IMG/VR virus record: IMGVR_UViG_3300043607_000019
Location: 1 to 48,580 of that record
DNA from: a virus
Taxonomy: Duplodnaviria; Caudoviricetes
Direction: 5' to 3' (one strand)
DNA length: 48,580 nucleotides
Part shown: in pieces, positions 44,535-48,580 of the stretch
Layout of the letters: each line of letters starts with the position of its first letter
Numbering within the stretch: position 1 is the stretch's first letter
Notes under the pieces: model-generated
The model's input: the letters and a program-made list of their open reading frames with translations, nothing else
Told to the model about the DNA's origin: nothing
The model's database searches: none
Translations under genes and position numbers: made by a program

Positions 44535-45037
44535 GCGATTGGAAGCTCAAGGCCATTATGCTCCGCGAGCAGCGCGAGCAGGCGCGATCTGAGGCGTGCG
44601 CTCGTGGCCAGCAGCGCAGATGGGAACGTGAGCCTAGCCCCGCTTACCTGCAATCGGCCCGACTGCAGGTCGCCATCAACAGGACCTTGGCCGGAGAATC
44701 CCAGCGCGCCGTCGCGCGAGAGCTGGGCGTGTCCCCCGCTACGGTATGCAGGGCGCTCGAGCGGGCGCGACGCAGGCGTGAGTACGCGGCGCCGCCCCCT
44801 AGGGTTAGTCGCGAGCCGCTGCTGCATGGGGAACGTCTCGAGGAGGCAGCGCGCCTATATAGGCTGCCCGGTGCCACCCTACGATGGGTAGCCGAGCAGC
44901 TCGGGGTTTGCCGTGACACAGTCCGGCGCGCACTCAAGAGGGCGGGCTATGTCGGGGCTGGGAAGCGAACGTTGACCTACGACGGCAGGCTTCGGCGTGA
45001 CAGCGATCGATTGATGGGAGGCGACCGTGCTCCGTGA
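44531..45037 (+). CDS. double-HTH DNA-binding protein
   Basis: SQRAVARELGVSPATVCRAL and TLRWVAEQLGVCRDTVRRAL. Confidence 0.75.
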   Translation: MSDWKLKAIMLREQREQARSEACARGQQRRWEREPSPAYLQSARLQVAINRTLAGESQRAVARELGVSPATVCRALERARRRREYAAPPPRVSREPLLHGERLEEAARLYRLPGATLRWVAEQLGVCRDTVRRALKRAGYVGAGKRTLTYDGRLRRDSDRLMGGDRAP

Positions 45038-45452
45038 CAGATGGGTTGGGGAAAGGCTGCCAGCATTCGAGCGCGATTGCAGTCCGCCCGAGCGATGGGC
45101 GGTCTACGTTTTCTCTGATCGCAAGCATCGCTCGTTCCACGTCGTAGGCCGGTTACTGCAACGTCCATGGTCCCGGGTAGGTGGGTCCGGTGCGCATGCG
45201 TGGACGCCGCGGGCGCCGGCCGCGTCGGGTATCTCCATGCAATTCCCGTCCATCACTCCGTTCATAGAACGAGACGACATGCTGTTTCCGTCGTTGTTCG
45301 GGAAAGGTCACGGCCAATACTACGGGGAGTGGGCCAATGCCTACGACTTCTCGTCACTGGCAGCGGCCAGAGAGAAAGCTCAGCGGCTAGCGGACACCGT
45401 TTGCCCGCTACGGCAGTCGCGTCTGCAGCGGAAGGAGTGTTCCGATGGCTGA
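45027..45452 (+). CDS. hypothetical protein
   Basis: GGAGG RBS, overlaps neighbours; atypical codon usage. Confidence 0.35.
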   Translation: MLRDRWVGERLPAFERDCSPPERWAVYVFSDRKHRSFHVVGRLLQRPWSRVGGSGAHAWTPRAPAASGISMQFPSITPFIERDDMLFPSLFGKGHGQYYGEWANAYDFSSLAAAREKAQRLADTVCPLRQSRLQRKECSDG

Positions 45453-45795
45453 TCCGTGCGTTCACGGGTGCTCGTCACCCCAGTTTGTGCACCTAGATTG
45501 CGCTGTCCATAACAGTGCCCTCACGTTCTCGTCACGACCCAAGCCAGCCCCAGACGTTGCCGACGAGATGACGCGGCTGTGGACCATGATCGACGGTCAG
45601 CAGGAGCAGATCAACGCCATCGAGGCCAAGCTCGTGCAGCTGTTGGCTCACGTGCATTCGCACCCGCCTGAGGCGCTCCAGCCGGCGCTATACGGACCGC
45701 TGGGCGGTACGCACTACACCCACGACGAGTATGGCCGGCGGCTTCCGGAGCCGGTACCGCGGGAGCGACACGAGACAGGGAACGGTGACCGGTGA
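45445..45795 (+). CDS. hypothetical protein
   Basis: AAGGAG RBS, short coiled coil. Confidence 0.5.
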   Translation: MADPCVHGCSSPQFVHLDCAVHNSALTFSSRPKPAPDVADEMTRLWTMIDGQQEQINAIEAKLVQLLAHVHSHPPEALQPALYGPLGGTHYTHDEYGRRLPEPVPRERHETGNGDR

Positions 45796-46202
45796 AGTAC
45801 ATCTGCGCAGACGACTACCTGGACCGCCGTTTCGATCGCAGGCACTTCAACTGCTGGCATTTCGTGCGCGACGTGTGGCGCGACATGACGGGTGTCGACC
45901 TCGGCGACCTGAGCCCGTCGAGCGTCGCTGTCGAGGCCCTGGCGCAGGCTGCCGGCGCCGAGGCGCAGGGGCCGCGGTTCCGACGCGTGGAGCCTGACTC
46001 GAGTAAGGGGCCCTGCCTGGTGCTCGCCGAGCGGCGGGGCTGGATGCCTCACATTGGCGTCCTGCTCCGCGCACGCGTTCTCCACCTGCGGGCCACCGGC
46101 ACTGGCTACGACGCAATGCGCGACTTCGCCCAGGGCTTTGAGCGGGTCGCCTGCTACCTGCCGGTCCAGACCGACCCAGCGGATGAGAGGGTCTGTGCCT
46201 GA
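45792..46202 (+). CDS. NlpC/P60 tail tip peptidase (lambda K-like)
   Basis: NCW.FV..VW....G.DL, HIGV.....VLH. Confidence 0.8.
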   Translation: MKYICADDYLDRRFDRRHFNCWHFVRDVWRDMTGVDLGDLSPSSVAVEALAQAAGAEAQGPRFRRVEPDSSKGPCLVLAERRGWMPHIGVLLRARVLHLRATGTGYDAMRDFAQGFERVACYLPVQTDPADERVCA

Positions 46203-48580
46203 GATTCGCATCACCATCGTCCCGAACCCCCTCGAGCCGGATCGAGTCGAGGTTCACGAGGCGCCCGAGCTCATCCCCTGGCTGGTCGAGCGCTACGGGC
46301 ACTGGCCCGCGGCGGCGCGCCTCTGCCACGTCTGGGGCGCGCTAGAGGTCGACGTCACGCCGACCACGGAGGTGGAGGCCGAGGCCCTGAGCGACCTGCC
46401 GGGGCCGTTCGTGGTGCGGGAGCACCCGGAGGGCGTGGCCGCCATCGTCGTGGTCGGGATTGTGGTCCTGGTGGCCGCGGTCGCCGCGATCCTGCTCATC
46501 CCCGAGGTGCCCAACGTCAGGGCCCCAGCGCAGCGCGCTGCCCTCGGGGGCTCGCCGAACAACCAGCTCGGCAAGCGCTCCAACAAGGCCCGCGTCGGCG
46601 AGAGAATCCCCGACCTCTTCGGGAACGTCAGGTCCTACCCCGACATGCTGATGCAGCCCTACTCGATCTATGGCGCTGACCACCGCGAGCGCGAGATCGG
46701 CTACTACTGCGTAGGCAGGGGCAGCCACTCGATGACGGCGGTGCGCGACGGCAACCAGCTCGGTGGCAGCATCGAGGGTTGGTCAGCCGAGATCTACGGG
46801 CCCGGCACTGCGCCCACGGGTGGACTGCCCTTGCACACGCCGAGCGAGACCATTGGCGGCGTCGTCGGCGACGACGTGCACACGGTGTTTCGAGTCGAGG
46901 CTGTCAACGGGCAGCAGCTGCGCGCGTGGTCGGACGGCACGTTCTACGGCTCTGCGATCCTGCAGGCGCCCGTCGGTGTTGGCGGCACGGGGGGCCTGTT
47001 GGCCACGGCGCGGTTCACCTATTTGGGTGGCGCGAACGGCAAGATCGAGCTGCCGTACAGCGCGTCCAGTTCGGAGATCACGTCCCGGCTGGACATCGGC
47101 GACGAGCTCTACTGCTACTGGCCGACGGCGTACCTTCCGGCTGGCACCGGCACGGCCCCCGACCTGACGACGCCCACCACGCAGATTTTGCCGCTCGAAG
47201 TGACGGGGCTGATCGTGACGAACATCTTGCCGGGGGCGGGCCTCGTGGCGGTGAGCGTGACCATCCCCGCGGCACAGCAGGCGCAATGGGCCCTGCTTTC
47301 CACCTATTTCGGTGTCCCGGCTCCGCTCTTCGAGTTCGCTGAGCTCACGAACGTGTCGCGCCGCTACGTGGGCCCGTTCTTCGTCGACTTCCAGCATGAC
47401 GCGGGCGCGACCAACTTCGATCTGATCTGCAACTTCGTCGCGCCCAATGGGCTCTACCAGGACGACGGCACCACGCTGCTGCCGCTCGACAAGATCATTC
47501 AGATCATCGTGACGCCAACGGATGCGGGCGGCACCCCCTCGGGTCCGCCCCAGGCCTTCTCTCGCAAGATCACCGGTGCCACGACGGGCGGCCAGCGCGC
47601 CATCACGGCCCACATCAGACCGACAGGGTTCGGAGCGGTCACCAACACGCGATGTCTCGTGCAAGCGTGCCTGCTCACGAACAGCCCACGCAAGCAGCGG
47701 CTGTCGAACAACGTCGAGTTCAAGGTGTACGGAGCCCGCTACGATCGGGACCCGCCCAAGATCGCCTACTACTCGGGGCGCGTCGTCGACGAATTGCGCT
47801 GGGTCGACTGCTACTCGATAAGCACGCCACCCAACATCAGCTTTGGCAACGTGACCACCATCCACACGAGCACGCTCGTGACCGAAGGCGCTGTGCGCAT
47901 CAAGGATCGCGCGCTCAACGTCATCGCCGCGCGCAACATCAACACGTGGAACGGCGTGACCTTCGGAGGCCCTCTCATACCGAGCGACAAGGCAGAGAAC
48001 GTGCTGTTCGCGGTCATGAAGGATACCCTCATCGGGAACCTGCCCGATGCTTCGATCGACTTCGCGGGCATCGCGGCGGCCTTCGAGCTCGTGCGCACCA
48101 AGGTGTTCGACACGAGCCCCTTGGCCACGGCGTTCGCGTACACCTTCGACGAGGCCGATCTGTCGCTCGAGGAGACGATCCAAGTCATCTGCCAGGCCTG
48201 CTTTGCGCAGGCGTATCGCCGAGGCGCGGTCATCAGCGTGCGCCCCGAGGTTGCGCACGACGACAGCGTCATCTTGCTGAATCATCGCAATGTGTCGCCC
48301 GGGTCGATGAAGATCACCCACAACTTTGGCGCTCCGACCGAGAATGACTCGGTGGAGTGCGCCTACTCGGACCCCTTCGCCGGCACGCAGAACAAGGTTC
48401 GTGTCCCGGTGTTGGGCACCATCCTGCGCCCGCGCCAACTCAACGTGGCCGGCATCTCGTCCGAGCGCCAAGCGTATTGGCACGCCTACCGCGCCTATCA
48501 CAAGATGCTCTACCAGCGGCAGAGCCTCTCCCTGGAAGCAACGCAGGAGGGCGCCATCGCAGGGGTACGGCAGCGCGTGC
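46195..48580 (+). CDS. central tail tip / host-specificity protein (TipJ-like), 3'-truncated, absent from ORF track
   Basis: GTG start, no stop before the window end; SPNNQLG.RSN.AR.GERIPD.FG.VRSYPD, YTFD....SLEE....I..A. Confidence 0.85.
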   Translation, partial: MPEIRITIVPNPLEPDRVEVHEAPELIPWLVERYGHWPAAARLCHVWGALEVDVTPTTEVEAEALSDLPGPFVVREHPEGVAAIVVVGIVVLVAAVAAILLIPEVPNVRAPAQRAALGGSPNNQLGKRSNKARVGERIPDLFGNVRSYPDMLMQPYSIYGADHREREIGYYCVGRGSHSMTAVRDGNQLGGSIEGWSAEIYGPGTAPTGGLPLHTPSETIGGVVGDDVHTVFRVEAVNGQQLRAWSDGTFYGSAILQAPVGVGGTGGLLATARFTYLGGANGKIELPYSASSSEITSRLDIGDELYCYWPTAYLPAGTGTAPDLTTPTTQILPLEVTGLIVTNILPGAGLVAVSVTIPAAQQAQWALLSTYFGVPAPLFEFAELTNVSRRYVGPFFVDFQHDAGATNFDLICNFVAPNGLYQDDGTTLLPLDKIIQIIVTPTDAGGTPSGPPQAFSRKITGATTGGQRAITAHIRPTGFGAVTNTRCLVQACLLTNSPRKQRLSNNVEFKVYGARYDRDPPKIAYYSGRVVDELRWVDCYSISTPPNISFGNVTTIHTSTLVTEGAVRIKDRALNVIAARNINTWNGVTFGGPLIPSDKAENVLFAVMKDTLIGNLPDASIDFAGIAAAFELVRTKVFDTSPLATAFAYTFDEADLSLEETIQVICQACFAQAYRRGAVISVRPEVAHDDSVILLNHRNVSPGSMKITHNFGAPTENDSVECAYSDPFAGTQNKVRVPVLGTILRPRQLNVAGISSERQAYWHAYRAYHKMLYQRQSLSLEATQEGAIAGVRQRV

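Noticed and set aside
1-48580. Integrated prophage with host flanks
   Set aside because: No host genes at either end; int and the candidate attP arms are intact and flanked by phage genes

Overview
The window is almost a whole GC-rich, temperate, siphovirus-type phage genome, with both ends truncated inside tail genes. It reads as the unintegrated form. The virion genes sit in two + strand blocks: 825-15796 (terminase, portal, MuF head protein, scaffold, capsid, decoration, collagen-like fibre) and 34678-48580 (head-tail connectors, tube, frameshifted chaperone, tape measure, tail tip). Between them lies about 19 kb of lysogeny, replication, recombination and accessory genes. A myxobacterial (Myxococcota) host is inferred, not proven, from an Mx8-like integrase with a long C-terminal tail and internal arm-type repeats, myxobacterial-style lipoproteins, a lone Fis-type HTH and a Myxococcus-type LexA box. 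Main points of interest: (1) a MuF head protein with a lethal-factor-like zinc protease tail and a candidate immunity gene; (2) about six predicted lipoproteins, including an intact metzincin and an HExxH-to-HAxxH pseudo-metzincin; (3) a capsid promoter overlapped by a LexA-box palindrome, followed by a leader with mutually exclusive SD-sequestering folds, next to an unannotated antisense RHH-like gene; (4) a LexA-DBD-only repressor with TGTCC-N2-GGACA operator candidates; (5) an exact 29-bp repeat shared by two unrelated genes that brackets the repressor and integrase; (6) non-structural genes interleaved through both virion operons. No tRNA, rRNA, CRISPR array or reverse transcriptase was recognised. 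All product calls come from motif recognition and synteny, not database searches.
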